Numbered from the stretch's first letter, positions 1 to 9,845 are shown. The stretch is DNA of 64,000 nt from Candidatus Muiribacterium halophilum (GCA_002869225.1 PKTG01000025.1:3885-67884), one strand, 5' to 3'. Notes: generated by a model not told the origin, from the sequence alone. Numbers and translations: made by a program.

Positions 1-2
1 TA

Positions 3-149
3 AATCAAAGGTTAAGTCTAATTTATTTATTCGAGACTAATATAACCGACGGTTGGGCTTCACATGATGTGCACAAAGATTCCGAAGAAAAAAGAGAACA
101 AGCCTTAAAATTCGGAAGTAATATTATCTTTTATGCTTTAAATGATTAA
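3..149 (+). CDS. 3' end (about 48 codons) of an upstream + strand gene that starts outside the window; product unknown
   Basis: Open frame from the window edge to TAA at 147-149, ending ...FGSNIIFYALND. No start codon lies inside the window. Confidence 0.25.
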   Translation, partial: NQRLSLIYLFETNITDGWASHDVHKDSEEKREQALKFGSNIIFYALND

Positions 150-152
150 ACA

Positions 153-2831
153 TCACTTAAGCTGTGACCAGTCTTTCCCGCTCACATAATTTACAATAAG
201 AGGAACTTTAAGTTTATAAACATTTTCCATAATATCTCTTATCTTTTTTATAAACAACTTATGATCTTCATTATCAGCTATTTCAAAAATAAGCTCATCA
301 TGTATCTGAAGAAGCATATTGGCATCAAAACTTCCACCTAAAAGAAATCTGTCAACTTCTATCATAGCAAGTTTTATTATATCAGCAGCACTTCCCTGCA
401 CAGGATTGTTTACAGCCAATCTATAAAGAAGATTTTTATTAGTCGGTAGTTTTCTTTTTCTTTCAAACAAAGTATGAGAAAAGCTATCTTTTTTAGCATT
501 TTCCACCATCTTATTAACATAATCTTTAACACCTGAATATCTTTCAAAGAAGGTATCAATAAAACCTTTCGCTTGAGATACAGAGATCCCTAATCTTCCA
601 GCTAAGCCATAGGAATTCATACCATATACGACTCCGAAATTGACCATCTTTGCAGTCGAACGTTCACCTTGGGTTATCTCGGAAATATCTTTGCAAAAAA
701 TATTTGATGCAGTTATAGAATGAACATCCTTACCTTTTTCAAAAGCATCTATTAATATCGGGTCTTCCGATAAATGGGCAAGGACTCTTAATTCTATCTG
801 GGAATAATCAAAAGATATCAAGCTGTTTTTTTCAGAAGCTATAAAAGCTTTTCTGATCGCTCTACCTTCCTCTTCTCTAACAGGAATGTTCTGCAGATTA
901 GGATTACTGGAAGACAATCTTCCAGTCCTCGCAACAGTCTGATTAAAACTAGTATGAACCCTTGAATCCTTATCAGCAAGCTTAGGCAAAGGGTAGATGT
1001 AAGTTGATAATAACTTGTTATAAAGCCTGTATTTTTTGATTATGTCAGCTATTTCATGTCCTTGCATCGCAAGTATATCAAGCACCTTAGCATCAGTTGA
1101 ATAACCCGTCTTTGTCTTTTTTACAGGCGGTATTTTAAGGTCTTCAAAAAGTATCTCCGAAAGTTGTTTAGGAGAATCAGGATTAAATTCTCTTCCACTT
1201 ATATCAAACATCTTTTTCTTTAGCTCCCCTGATCGTTCTTCGAATTCCTTGCTCAGACTTTCAAGATATTCCTTATCTATCTTTATACCTATTCTTTCCA
1301 TCTTTTCCAGAACATCAATAAGCGGTATTTCTATCTTATTCAGTACCTTTTTTAAGCCAAGGTGTTCTATCTTATCATTAAAAAGATTATAGAGTCTTAA
1401 AGTCATATCAGCATCGGCACATGCATAATCCTTTACTCTTTCAATATCGACCCCAGATAAATCTGAAGCTCCCTGCAAAAGTTCTTCATAAGTTATCATC
1501 CGTTCACCAAGATATCTTTGAGCTAATTTCTTCAAAGAGTGGGATTGAGCTTCAGAATCTATTAAATAATGAGCAATCGAAGTATCAAAACCAGGTTTAA
1601 TATTTAGTCCATATTTTTTTAACACCATAATATCAAACTTTAAATTATGACCTATAATAGTCTTATTAAAAAAAGCTTTATTTAAACTTTTTATCACAGT
1701 ATCTGTATCAAGCTGCAAAGGAACACCAAGATAAAAATGTCTTAGCGGTATATACCACCCACTTTGTTCCTCGGTACTGATTGAAACACCTACCAATTTA
1801 AGTTCTTTTATATCAAGCGATGTCGTCTCGGTATCTATACAAATCCGCTCATGTTCCAAAATATTATCGATCATTTTATTAAACTGTTCTTTGTTTAAAA
1901 CAAGCTTGTAATCAACCGGAATTTCTTTTTTTTCTCTTTTTATCTCTTTCACATCGAATCTTTTAAGAAAATTTGTAAACTCAAGATCAGAAAGCATAGC
2001 AAAAAACTCATCAGTGTATTCAGGACAAAAACATATATCCTCATCGCTAATGTCTATTTCCATATCAGTTTGTATAGTTGCCAGTTTTCTTGATAGAAAA
2101 GCAAGTTCTTTATCCTCTATAAGTTTTTGTTTGAGAGCACCTTTCAAATCCTCGATATTTTCGTAAAGAGTCTCAAGATCTGAATATTTTTTTATAAGTT
2201 TATCCGCTGTCTTTACCCCAACCCCTCGTACGCCAGGAATGTTATCAGATTTATCACCAGTTAAAGCCTTATGGTCTATTACCTTATCAGGAGTTATTCC
2301 AAATTCATCTAAGAATTTCTTGTCATCGTATACCGCTATGTTTGAAACTCCTTTTTTTGTAAGTACTATCCTAAGCGACTCGCTTATCTCAAGAAGCTGA
2401 AACATATCTCTATCCCCGGTAATAACATATATCTCTTCATCATCTTCATCAGAATATTTCTTTACAAGAGAACCAATTATATCATCGCCTTCATACTCCG
2501 GATGGGATAAGACTGGAATACCAGCACTTTTAAGAAGTTTTTCAAAAATCGGAAACTGTTCTTTAAGTTCAGGCGGAGTCTTACTTCTATTTGCTTTATA
2601 TTCTTTATATAGTTCTTTTCTATAACCTCCTCTTACCTTATCCTGAACAATTACCAGTTTATCAGGAGAAAAATCATCTATTATTCTGAAAAACATATTT
2701 AAAAAACCATATAGAGCAGATGTATTCATTCCTTTTGAATTGTATAGAGGATTTCTTATAAGCGCAAAATACGCACGATAAAGAAGGCTATGACCATCGA
2801 TAATCACAAGTTTTTTCAAAGGTAGCTCCAT
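153..2831 (-). CDS. polA: DNA polymerase I
   Basis: 892 aa. The N-terminal 5'-3' exonuclease motif (IIDGHSLLYRAYFA), 3'-5' exonuclease region and C-terminal family A polymerase domain are all recognisable. Ends with TGA. Confidence 0.95.
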   Translation of the reverse strand: MELPLKKLVIIDGHSLLYRAYFALIRNPLYNSKGMNTSALYGFLNMFFRIIDDFSPDKLVIVQDKVRGGYRKELYKEYKANRSKTPPELKEQFPIFEKLLKSAGIPVLSHPEYEGDDIIGSLVKKYSDEDDEEIYVITGDRDMFQLLEISESLRIVLTKKGVSNIAVYDDKKFLDEFGITPDKVIDHKALTGDKSDNIPGVRGVGVKTADKLIKKYSDLETLYENIEDLKGALKQKLIEDKELAFLSRKLATIQTDMEIDISDEDICFCPEYTDEFFAMLSDLEFTNFLKRFDVKEIKREKKEIPVDYKLVLNKEQFNKMIDNILEHERICIDTETTSLDIKELKLVGVSISTEEQSGWYIPLRHFYLGVPLQLDTDTVIKSLNKAFFNKTIIGHNLKFDIMVLKKYGLNIKPGFDTSIAHYLIDSEAQSHSLKKLAQRYLGERMITYEELLQGASDLSGVDIERVKDYACADADMTLRLYNLFNDKIEHLGLKKVLNKIEIPLIDVLEKMERIGIKIDKEYLESLSKEFEERSGELKKKMFDISGREFNPDSPKQLSEILFEDLKIPPVKKTKTGYSTDAKVLDILAMQGHEIADIIKKYRLYNKLLSTYIYPLPKLADKDSRVHTSFNQTVARTGRLSSSNPNLQNIPVREEEGRAIRKAFIASEKNSLISFDYSQIELRVLAHLSEDPILIDAFEKGKDVHSITASNIFCKDISEITQGERSTAKMVNFGVVYGMNSYGLAGRLGISVSQAKGFIDTFFERYSGVKDYVNKMVENAKKDSFSHTLFERKRKLPTNKNLLYRLAVNNPVQGSAADIIKLAMIEVDRFLLGGSFDANMLLQIHDELIFEIADNEDHKLFIKKIRDIMENVYKLKVPLIVNYVSGKDWSQLK

Positions 2832-3055
2832 GGATCTACATCTTCGACATCTTCAAGAAATTCGACCTGAATATTTTTCTTTATAGGGGTCCTTACCCAA
2901 GATGCTAGATTATATTCAAGAAAACCATAAAACTTTTTTAAAGCTTTTTCAACAGCCATCTCTTTTGAAGAAGCAATGATCTCAAAATCGACTTTAAAGT
3001 TTTCATTTGATGATTTATTCTCTTTATATGGTATCACTACCCGATATTTTTTCAT
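2816..3055 (-). CDS. hypothetical small protein (79 aa)
   Basis: ORF overlaps the polA start by 16 nt, which suggests co-transcription. I recognise no domain. Confidence 0.35.
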   Translation of the reverse strand: MKKYRVVIPYKENKSSNENFKVDFEIIASSKEMAVEKALKKFYGFLEYNLASWVRTPIKKNIQVEFLEDVEDVDPWSYL

Positions 3056-3082
3056 ATATCAATTATATATCAGCTATGTGTA

Positions 3083-3838
3083 TCAATGCAACTTTTTACG
3101 TATATATTCCGATGTGTATTGTATTCTTTCCTTTGTTAGAGGATGTGTCCTCAGCATCTTTAACGAGTCATCCTCATGACCTTTGTTTAACTTAAGGAGT
3201 TTATTAAAAAAGCGTATCATACCATAAGGGTTATATCCAGATTTTACAGTTATATCTACAGAGTATTTATCCGCTTCCCTTTCGTTCTCTCTTGAATATC
3301 TCAGTTCATTGAATATAGCGTTTGCTATTGCAATAAGCTTTTCATTATCCTTAACTGTCTTAGATTTTTTACTGTAATAATCTAAAATTTTAGCCGTTAT
3401 TAGCTGTCTCTCGAAAGCTCTTATACTATGTTTTTTCTCGATATGCCCTATCTCATGCCCGATAACACAAGCAAGTTCTTCGTCATCGCTCATGTCTATC
3501 AACTTCTTTGTTATATATATTCTTCCGCCAGGCAAAGCGAACGCGTTCGGATAATCAAGATCAAGGACTTTAAAATAATATCTTATGTTTTTTCTATTAA
3601 CGTTTTCGACAAGACGCTTACTAATCCTTCTCATCCTTATATGATCAGGATGATTTACAGGAAGTATTCTCGTTGTTGCTCTTACGGATAAAGAGGAAAC
3701 CTCTCCCAGTATAATTTCAAGATTCCTCTCAGTCCCTTTAAGAACTTCTTTAACTACATTTTTAGGAAAAGAAGGAACATATATAAGCACAATTAAAATT
3801 AAACAGATAAATACCTTTTTAATATTCATACTCTTCAC
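3083..3838 (-). CDS. M48 family zinc metallopeptidase, membrane-anchored
   Basis: HEIGH zinc-binding motif (VIGHEIGHIEKKHS) and an N-terminal hydrophobic anchor. Overlaps the upstream FG-GAP gene by 20 nt. Confidence 0.8.
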   Translation of the reverse strand: MKSMNIKKVFICLILIVLIYVPSFPKNVVKEVLKGTERNLEIILGEVSSLSVRATTRILPVNHPDHIRMRRISKRLVENVNRKNIRYYFKVLDLDYPNAFALPGGRIYITKKLIDMSDDEELACVIGHEIGHIEKKHSIRAFERQLITAKILDYYSKKSKTVKDNEKLIAIANAIFNELRYSRENEREADKYSVDITVKSGYNPYGMIRFFNKLLKLNKGHEDDSLKMLRTHPLTKERIQYTSEYIRKKLH

Positions 3839-5087
3839 CTATTAATTCGATTTGAATCGGATCGAATATATCAAGTCTTTTGATCTTTAAAAAACCATCA
3901 CCCGAATATGTCAACTCCATCTTACCATCACCTTCTATATCATTAAAAAGCACTTCACTCGATATCTTCCCCAGTGCTTTCTCGCTTAACATTTTACCTT
4001 TCGAGCTATAAATCTTAAGATCATAATCCTGACCCAATATTGAAAATTCTGCATCACTAACAAGAACTACGATCTCGCAAATACCATCACCATCTACATC
4101 AATCACCTTAGGAGAACCTTTTACTTTCTTTCCAATATTAACAGGAAACCCTTCAAGATTTTCCCCCTGAATATTTATAACATTAAGATTACCATCAAGG
4201 TCAGTAAAAACAAGATCTTTAAAACCATCCCTGTCAACATCATAACACTTTATATTGTTATATACTTTACTATTATTTTTTATCTTGAACTTTAATTTGC
4301 CATCGTTTTCTATTCCATAAATATAAAAATTATCTTTATATTTATTTGTAGCCAGAATAACCTCTTTCTTACCATCCAAATCGGTATCCGAGACAGTCAT
4401 CGGATAAGGAAGCGGATTATAATTTTCCTTTATCTTAACAGGAAAACCTGGCATCACAGAAAAATCTTCCTCCTCAGATGTTTGAAGCCCGTCATAAACA
4501 TAGACCTCACCCTGATCACTTTTAAATAAATAATCTTTATGTCCGTCTCCGTTCATGTCCGTCATGAGCGGCGTCGTACTTATCGAATAACCTGTTCTAT
4601 CTTGCAACAAAGTCTTTCCTTCATCATCAAGCACGAAGACTTCACCGATTGTATTTGCCACCATTATCTTATTATTTACAGAATCTATACAGGGCGCTCC
4701 TAATATATGTACTATCTCGTTTAATTTACCCGTTTTAAATTCCCAAAGAATATTCCCCATAAGATCCAAAGAGTAAACATCACCATCATAAGTAGATACA
4801 ACAACAGCCGGATCCTTTCCGACTATATGAACAGACTCTACTTTTTCCTGAACCGGACCCGAAATATGTCTAGGCCATTTACCGTTGATAATCTCAATTC
4901 CATTACTCTCAAAAAGATGCAATGTACCATTATCACCTGCAAATACAATCTCCTTTTCGCCATCTCCATCCAAATCTGCCGATAAAGGACAAGTCGAGGA
5001 TATAAAGTTGACAGGAGTACTTACATCCTGCGAAAAAGCATATACGACAACAAAAAAAGCAAAAACTAAACAAAGCCACCTTTTCAT
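3819..5087 (-). CDS. secreted FG-GAP repeat (integrin-alpha-like beta-propeller) protein
   Basis: N-terminal signal peptide. At least six Ca-binding-type DxDxDG loops are spaced like propeller blades: DLDGDGEKE, DMNGDGHKD, DTDLDGKKE, DVDRDGFKD, DVDGDGICE, DIEGDGKME. Confidence 0.75.
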   Translation of the reverse strand: MKRWLCLVFAFFVVVYAFSQDVSTPVNFISSTCPLSADLDGDGEKEIVFAGDNGTLHLFESNGIEIINGKWPRHISGPVQEKVESVHIVGKDPAVVVSTYDGDVYSLDLMGNILWEFKTGKLNEIVHILGAPCIDSVNNKIMVANTIGEVFVLDDEGKTLLQDRTGYSISTTPLMTDMNGDGHKDYLFKSDQGEVYVYDGLQTSEEEDFSVMPGFPVKIKENYNPLPYPMTVSDTDLDGKKEVILATNKYKDNFYIYGIENDGKLKFKIKNNSKVYNNIKCYDVDRDGFKDLVFTDLDGNLNVINIQGENLEGFPVNIGKKVKGSPKVIDVDGDGICEIVVLVSDAEFSILGQDYDLKIYSSKGKMLSEKALGKISSEVLFNDIEGDGKMELTYSGDGFLKIKRLDIFDPIQIELIGEEYEY

Positions 5088-5557
5088 TCAACAATCTCCA
5101 ATCTTTTCACCTTAAAAAGAAAACTACCTTTTACCTCTTGAGATTTTTTGGTTTTACCAGTAATCTTCACCTCAAGAACATCATACTTCCCGGTATTCTT
5201 CCCCTGTTCTATCAAAGGAACATTCTTAAAATCACCCAAAACCTTTTGCTTCCCCTTAAAAAACTCCTTGACCACATCAATACTTTCTATACTTATATTG
5301 CCAGTCTCAGTCTTTAATTTTATAGGAAAAGAAAGCGATTTGTAAAAATCGTAACTCCCCTGACTATAATTTTTATATATCACATTAAGCGCAAAAGCTT
5401 TACCAAGATCGCAAAGTTCTTTCGCCTTCAATTTTTCAAAATCCCTAACAAGATTCACAGTTGAATTCATCACTCTCGAACTGTAAACATAAGCAATCAA
5501 AAAGATAACGATTATAAAAAATAAAACATAATATGCAGCAAAACCCTTCTTATTCAA
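5084..5557 (-). CDS. hypothetical membrane-anchored protein, possibly a degenerate GspK/PilX-like pseudopilin
   Basis: N-terminus MNKKG-FAAYYVLFFIIVIF has a Gly followed by a hydrophobic helix but no Glu at +5. Translationally coupled to the flanking genes. Confidence 0.35.
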   Translation of the reverse strand: MNKKGFAAYYVLFFIIVIFLIAYVYSSRVMNSTVNLVRDFEKLKAKELCDLGKAFALNVIYKNYSQGSYDFYKSLSFPIKLKTETGNISIESIDVVKEFFKGKQKVLGDFKNVPLIEQGKNTGKYDVLEVKITGKTKKSQEVKGSFLFKVKRLEIVE

Positions 5558-6155
5558 ATTTAACTCCTACATGGTCATATCCAGCGAAAATACCAAATCT
5601 AAAATCTCTTTCAAGAGTCTTACCATCTTTTTCATAATAGAATGTACCATCACAATATATCATTCTATTTAAATACGAAAAATTCAACTCTAAAAGATTT
5701 TCCATTAAAAACTTTACCTTCCCGTCCCTTTCGCGAACAAACCTATTCTTTTCATCTTTATAATAAACGGTATTAATCCCTTTCGATATATCCTTGTAGG
5801 GATGATAATCAAAAACGATCTTTTCATATAAACCGCCTTTTTTTTCTGTAAATGTAATAAAGTTTATCTTCGAACTTTTTACATCTCCGTTATTTATAGT
5901 CAAACGACTATTCATATTTATTAAGTTCAAATATATTTCTTTCATAAGAAAATGTTTACCATATTCAAGATCATTTAATCTAGAACTCTCTTTTATATTA
6001 AGTACGTTTTGTCCAAAACTGGATGACATAAGGAGTATTATCAGAAGTCCTACACTGATAGATATCATCAGTTCTACAGTGGTAAAGCCCGAGTTTCTTT
6101 TACCTAACATCAGGGAACACCCCACTTTCCATTTTAATAGTCCTTTCTTTGCCAT
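5550..6155 (-). CDS. prepilin-type N-terminal cleavage/methylation domain protein (minor pilin or pseudopilin)
   Basis: Class III signal KRNSG-FTTVELMISISVGLLIILL with Glu at +5 after the cleavage Gly. The true start is probably the internal Met (MLGKRN...). Confidence 0.7.
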   Translation of the reverse strand: MAKKGLLKWKVGCSLMLGKRNSGFTTVELMISISVGLLIILLMSSSFGQNVLNIKESSRLNDLEYGKHFLMKEIYLNLINMNSRLTINNGDVKSSKINFITFTEKKGGLYEKIVFDYHPYKDISKGINTVYYKDEKNRFVRERDGKVKFLMENLLELNFSYLNRMIYCDGTFYYEKDGKTLERDFRFGIFAGYDHVGVKFE

Positions 6156-6507
6156 CTTTGCCTTCGTAATTTATCTGTACCATGATATAAATAAGATTCC
6201 TATCCATCTCTTTGAAAATTATTTGTATATTGGATTTTGTCTTTGAAAATAATTCCTGTGGTACAATAAAACCTTTATTACTATCAGGTTCTATAGTGAT
6301 TGTCTTTCCTAGATTTTCATGAATAAACGAATATTGCTTAGCCTGCGAAATGATAGTTGTTGCAGTCATAAGCGCGTCCAGATAAAGTATGTTCTCTCTA
6401 AGATTCATATTTCCCTGCATAGTTATCATCACAACCGGAGAAAGAGATAGACCTAGTATAAAAAGCGCAAGGACCAATTGAATAAAAGTAAAACCTCTTT
6501 TTTTCAC
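6100..6507 (-). CDS. prepilin-type N-terminal domain protein (pseudopilin-like)
   Basis: MKKRG-FTFIQLVLALFILGL is a Gly-Phe-Thr prepilin-type leader with a hydrophobic helix; the +5 residue is Gln rather than Glu. Confidence 0.55.
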   Translation of the reverse strand: MKKRGFTFIQLVLALFILGLSLSPVVMITMQGNMNLRENILYLDALMTATTIISQAKQYSFIHENLGKTITIEPDSNKGFIVPQELFSKTKSNIQIIFKEMDRNLIYIMVQINYEGKDGKERTIKMESGVFPDVR

Positions 6508-7010
6508 CTTCCCTCCAGATAAGCAATAGCTTCTTTAACATTTGAAGCAAGAATATGATTCGGATATTCTTCCAGAAATGCATCAAAGATATCCATAGAT
6601 TTAGAAAAATTCATCTTCATATATAGTATATGACCCTTAAAATATAAAATCCAGGGCAAAGTCCCAACTCCAGCATTTTTCTCCATTTCCTCTAAAAGCA
6701 AAAAAGCATTGTCAATATCACCTTTTTTCATAAGTTCTATGACTTCATCCATTTCCTTTGGTACATAAAGACTTCTTCCGACAATCTCTTCAAGACTATC
6801 ATCTTCTATTACATTCTTTACAACAGGAGCTTCTCTCTCAACAATATATCGTTCAAAATCAATGCTTACATCGCTTGATATATTTTGTTTCTCAACCACT
6901 ATCTCACTACTTATATCACCAGTCTCAGAAAAAGTATGCCTATTTTTTATCATAAAAAAAGCAATAATAATAAAAAGACTCAAAAATATAAGCGCTTTTA
7001 TCGACCTCAT
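6504..7010 (-). CDS. hypothetical membrane-anchored protein with a TPR-like C-terminal region
   Basis: N-terminal TM helix and a C-terminal helical-repeat-like segment. It is the first gene of the pseudopilin operon. Confidence 0.35.
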   Translation of the reverse strand: MRSIKALIFLSLFIIIAFFMIKNRHTFSETGDISSEIVVEKQNISSDVSIDFERYIVEREAPVVKNVIEDDSLEEIVGRSLYVPKEMDEVIELMKKGDIDNAFLLLEEMEKNAGVGTLPWILYFKGHILYMKMNFSKSMDIFDAFLEEYPNHILASNVKEAIAYLEGR

Positions 7011-7081
7011 AAAATTTCAACTCCTGGATATATATCTTAAGATTATAACAGAAACGAGTTTTGTTTTAAAAGAAATTTGAA

Positions 7082-8275
7082 TTATTTGATACCTTTTAAA
7101 AAAGCTATATTTTCAAAATGGTATGTCTGAGGAAACATATCCATTATAAACAACTCCTCAACAGTATACGATTGAGATAGTTCCATAAGATCCCTCTTCA
7201 ATGTCGAAGCAAAACACGAAATATATATAACGTTATCGTTTTTAGTTTCTATAAGCCTTTCCTTGACCTTTTCAGAAAGCCCTTTTCTTGGCGGGTCTAG
7301 AATAATACAATCAGCTTTTTCGAACTGATCAAGCATATTTCTAACTTTGGCTGTATAAAATTCAGAATTTTCTATTGAGTTCTTTTTTTTAATAATATTG
7401 GCATTCTTTATATTCTGTTTTGAAATATCTACTCCAATAGTCTTATTAAAATTATCTTTTAATAAAAATGAGAATATACCCACACCACAATACGCATCAA
7501 GAAGGACATTTCCTTTTACCTTTGTCTGCAAAATATTCTTCATCTTAACAGTAACATCATAATTCACCTGAAAAAAGCTATCAGGAAACAAAGGTATATC
7601 AATCCCAAAGCCCTTATTTGATATGTATTTCCATCCCTTTTCAAGATAACCATTTATATAAAGAGAGTCTATTTCGTTAACAGCTATACGATCTATATTT
7701 ATCGATCTATCCAGGTTTATCTGAAGTTGAGACTGATCGGATACTCTCACAGTGATCTCATTGGAACTCTCTTTGAGTTTTTCTCGAAGAAATCCATAAC
7801 AATAATTTATCTTCTTATCAGCTATCATACAACTTTCAATATCAACCACCTGATGACTCTTTTCTTTTAAAAGACCCACCCTTTGATTTTCACTTCTAAA
7901 GATCACCTTATTCCTATAGTTAAACTCCTTTTCAGAAGCAATCGGATAATGTATATTTTGACATATTCCCCCAAACAACTCTTTTGCTATTTCGTATTTT
8001 ATATCAAGTTGTTTGGAATATTTAGCGTGCTGTAACTGACACCCCCCGCAACTATAATAATACTTACACGGAGGAGCTATTCTCCAAGGCGAAGGTTCTA
8101 AAATACTTTCTATTTCTCCAAAACTATAATCTTTTTTCTTTTTAATTATATTAACAATGATCTTTTCACCAGTAAGAGAATAAGGAATAAAGATAACCCC
8201 ATCTGCAGTTCTTGCGAGACCATTTCCGCCATTTACGATCTTTTCGATTACCACGGTCATTTTTTTATATTTCAT
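7082..8275 (-). CDS. rlmD: 23S rRNA (uracil-5-)-methyltransferase, RlmD/RumA family
   Basis: N-terminal TRAM domain, an Fe-S cysteine cluster (CGGCQLQH) and a C-terminal class I SAM methyltransferase fold with a DPPRKG motif. Confidence 0.85.
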   Translation of the reverse strand: MKYKKMTVVIEKIVNGGNGLARTADGVIFIPYSLTGEKIIVNIIKKKKDYSFGEIESILEPSPWRIAPPCKYYYSCGGCQLQHAKYSKQLDIKYEIAKELFGGICQNIHYPIASEKEFNYRNKVIFRSENQRVGLLKEKSHQVVDIESCMIADKKINYCYGFLREKLKESSNEITVRVSDQSQLQINLDRSINIDRIAVNEIDSLYINGYLEKGWKYISNKGFGIDIPLFPDSFFQVNYDVTVKMKNILQTKVKGNVLLDAYCGVGIFSFLLKDNFNKTIGVDISKQNIKNANIIKKKNSIENSEFYTAKVRNMLDQFEKADCIILDPPRKGLSEKVKERLIETKNDNVIYISCFASTLKRDLMELSQSYTVEELFIMDMFPQTYHFENIAFLKGIK

Positions 8276-8340
8276 AGTTTCAATATACTTAGCTCGTATG
8301 ACATAGTCAAGCTAATCAAAAAAAAGTCAGATTTTATGAT

Positions 8341-8369
8341 TTGACATACTTATATGTATAAAATATAAT
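8341..8369 (+). promoter_or_regulatory. sigma-70 type promoter with perfect consensus (TTGACA-17 nt-TATAAT)
   Basis: ttgaca at 8341-8346, a 17-nt spacer, then tataat at 8364-8369, about 45 nt upstream of the ATG at 8416. A G7 Shine-Dalgarno-like tract precedes the start codon. Confidence 0.5.
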
Positions 8370-8415
8370 TTTTCTTTGTATTACAACCTTTTTTTAAAAT
8401 ACATGGGGGGGAAAA

Positions 8416-8679
8416 ATGATCTCAAGTATAGATCAGATAACTCAGTTACCGGATGATTGCATTAAATCTGCACTTTCTTATATCGATCCAGTCTTTCTTT
8501 CAAACCTTCTAGAGGTAAGTACCTCGGATGCTATTAAAAATAAGATACTTAAAAACCTGAGCGAGGAAACTCAAAAGAAAATAAGACTGCATAACAGATC
8601 ACTTGACCCGGATATTAACAAAGAAGATCTTGAAAATAAATTTCTCGCTATTGTAAATAGAGTTATGAATTTCAGATGA
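8416..8679 (+). CDS. small protein (87 aa) resembling a FliG-C or MgtE-N type helical domain
   Basis: LPDDCIKSALSYIDPVFLSNLLEVSTSDAIKNKILKNLSEETQKKI resembles the FliG middle/C-terminal and MgtE_N repeat pattern. This is a weak recognition. Confidence 0.3.
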   Translation: MISSIDQITQLPDDCIKSALSYIDPVFLSNLLEVSTSDAIKNKILKNLSEETQKKIRLHNRSLDPDINKEDLENKFLAIVNRVMNFR

Positions 8680-8688
8680 TCTGTTCTT

Positions 8689-9360
8689 ATGAATGATGGC
8701 ATACTCGATAAGGAATATATAAATAAAAGGAAAAAAGGCACTTACTTTCATAGATTAAAAAGAAGAGCTTTTGAAGTTTGTTATATAATAAAAGAACATT
8801 ATGTTACTAAATCAAATATATCATTATTAGATCTTGGCTGTGCAGAAGGAGCTTTGTTTGATCTGACAAAACTTTTTTTGCCGGATTTATCAATAGATTA
8901 TACCGGAATCGAATATTCTATTTCATGTCTTATCAATTCACAAGATGATAAAAAGGCTTTTATAAACTCTGATATCAACAAATTACCATTAAAAAAAGGT
9001 GTGAGATTTGATGTAATAGTAATGACAGCAGTCTTAGAGCATATATCAAGACCTAAGATACTTCTTTCAAAGCTCTCAGATCATCTCAACGAAAACGGCA
9101 TAATTATTATAACAATGCCAGATCCCTTCTTCGAAAAGATAGCCTCTTTTCTAGGAAATATAGAGGAAAGTGAATCCGGGCATCATAACCCGATAAACAG
9201 AAATGAACTCAAAAATATAATAAAAGATATCGATCTATATATGGATAAATTTAAAAAGTTTATGATAACCCCATGGGGATTTATTTTTGAAAATAAAATT
9301 GAAAGAATCTATCCTGATATTTTACTTCTTAATCAACTGTTTGTTTTAAAAAAGAAATAA
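8689..9360 (+). CDS. class I SAM-dependent methyltransferase
   Basis: Motif I LDLGCAEGALF and motif-IV-like VIVMTAVLEHI. Confidence 0.7.
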   Translation: MNDGILDKEYINKRKKGTYFHRLKRRAFEVCYIIKEHYVTKSNISLLDLGCAEGALFDLTKLFLPDLSIDYTGIEYSISCLINSQDDKKAFINSDINKLPLKKGVRFDVIVMTAVLEHISRPKILLSKLSDHLNENGIIIITMPDPFFEKIASFLGNIEESESGHHNPINRNELKNIIKDIDLYMDKFKKFMITPWGFIFENKIERIYPDILLLNQLFVLKKK

Positions 9361-9746
9361 TCTTCAAGTATCCTTTTATGATCAAAAGCCAGTCTTTCCT
9401 CTAAAGGCTTAAAAGTCGAAATATACTCAGCTGCATAATCTGCTGCTTTTATTTTCTGCTTTTCATCGATCAAACTCGCTATATATACTACACTCACTGT
9501 ATGACCTCTAGGATCTCTATCAGGCTCCGAGTACACCCCAAGCATCTTATTAATAACAACATCTACAGATAACTCTTCTTTCATCTCTCTGACAAGTGCA
9601 TCCTCAACTCTTTCTCCATAATCAACAAATCCACCTGGAATGGCCCAGCAACCTTTAAAAGGATCATTTTTTCTTTTAATAAGGACAATACCCTCTGAAG
9701 TCTCGATTATGCCATCAACAGTCAATGCCGGATTTCTGTATTCCAT
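9333..9746 (-). CDS. NUDIX hydrolase
   Basis: Nudix box GGFVDYGERVEDALVREMKEELS. Confidence 0.85.
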   Translation of the reverse strand: MEYRNPALTVDGIIETSEGIVLIKRKNDPFKGCWAIPGGFVDYGERVEDALVREMKEELSVDVVINKMLGVYSEPDRDPRGHTVSVVYIASLIDEKQKIKAADYAAEYISTFKPLEERLAFDHKRILEDYFFFKTNS

Positions 9747-9786
9747 ACTAAAACTCCTCTTAATTTCCTGAAAACAGTTTTCTGAA

Positions 9787-9822
9787 TAATAAAAAATAGC
9801 CTCTGATATACAGAGGCTATTT
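9787..9822 (-). terminator. rho-independent terminator downstream of hup
   Basis: 10-bp perfect stem atagcctctg / cagaggctat with a 5-nt loop, followed on the minus strand by a T-rich run. Confidence 0.55.
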
Positions 9823-9845
9823 GAAAATTAATATCTAATTAAAAC

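Noticed and set aside
2976-3195. Two + strand ORFs (67 and 62 aa) in the polA/M48 junction region.
   Set aside because: They have AT-rich low-complexity composition, overlap the 5' end of the 79-aa gene and the 3' end of the M48 gene on the opposite strand, and have no recognisable motifs. Likely spurious.
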